Below are positions 63,934 to 64,000 of a DNA stretch of 64,000 bases, piece after piece. The notes under the pieces are model-generated. The model searched no databases, had not been told where the DNA came from, and saw nothing but the letters and a program-made list of their open reading frames with translations. Position 1 is the first letter of the stretch; each line of letters starts with the position of its first letter. Position numbers and translations under genes: made by a program. The stretch is taken from contig CM075991.1 in NCBI GenBank assembly GCA_038087875.1, forward strand, positions 2,852,001 to 2,916,000, read 5' to 3'. Source of the stretch: Malacoraja senta (taxonomy: Eukaryota).

Positions 63934-64000
63934 GTAGGAACAACGTGAGATGTGAACACAAACTGGATCAGACCTTGCTTACAAATAACTCATTCCATGT

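Overview
This is vertebrate genomic DNA, most likely from a cartilaginous fish (skate or ray). That assignment is inferred from the CR1, HE1-type V-SINE and Penelope-like repeat content. The minus strand carries a glucokinase (GCK/hexokinase IV) gene. Eight coding exons equivalent to human exons 2-9 lie between 44137 and 5785, all with GT-AG boundaries. Seven have the expected lengths; exon 5 is 95 nt rather than 96 because of a 1-nt deletion that frameshifts the gene in this assembly. Exons 1 and 10 were not found. Two internal exons of a VMAT1/SLC18A1-like transporter lie on the plus strand at the right end, divergently oriented to GCK across a 200-N gap (51690-51889). Most of the remaining sequence is transposon-derived: CR1, RTE-X-like, Rex1/Babar-like and L1/Tx1-like LINEs, V-SINEs, Harbinger-like and pogo-like MITEs, and many Penelope-like fragments carrying minimal hammerhead-ribozyme motifs. 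Two composite elements stand out. One is a non-autonomous Helitron carrying a THAP-domain fragment, a 66-bp minisatellite and YY1/ETS-CRE motif repeats, and it is partly tandem-duplicated. The other is a ~9.6-kb fold-back (palindromic) DIRS-type retroelement inserted at a single site and secondarily invaded in one arm.
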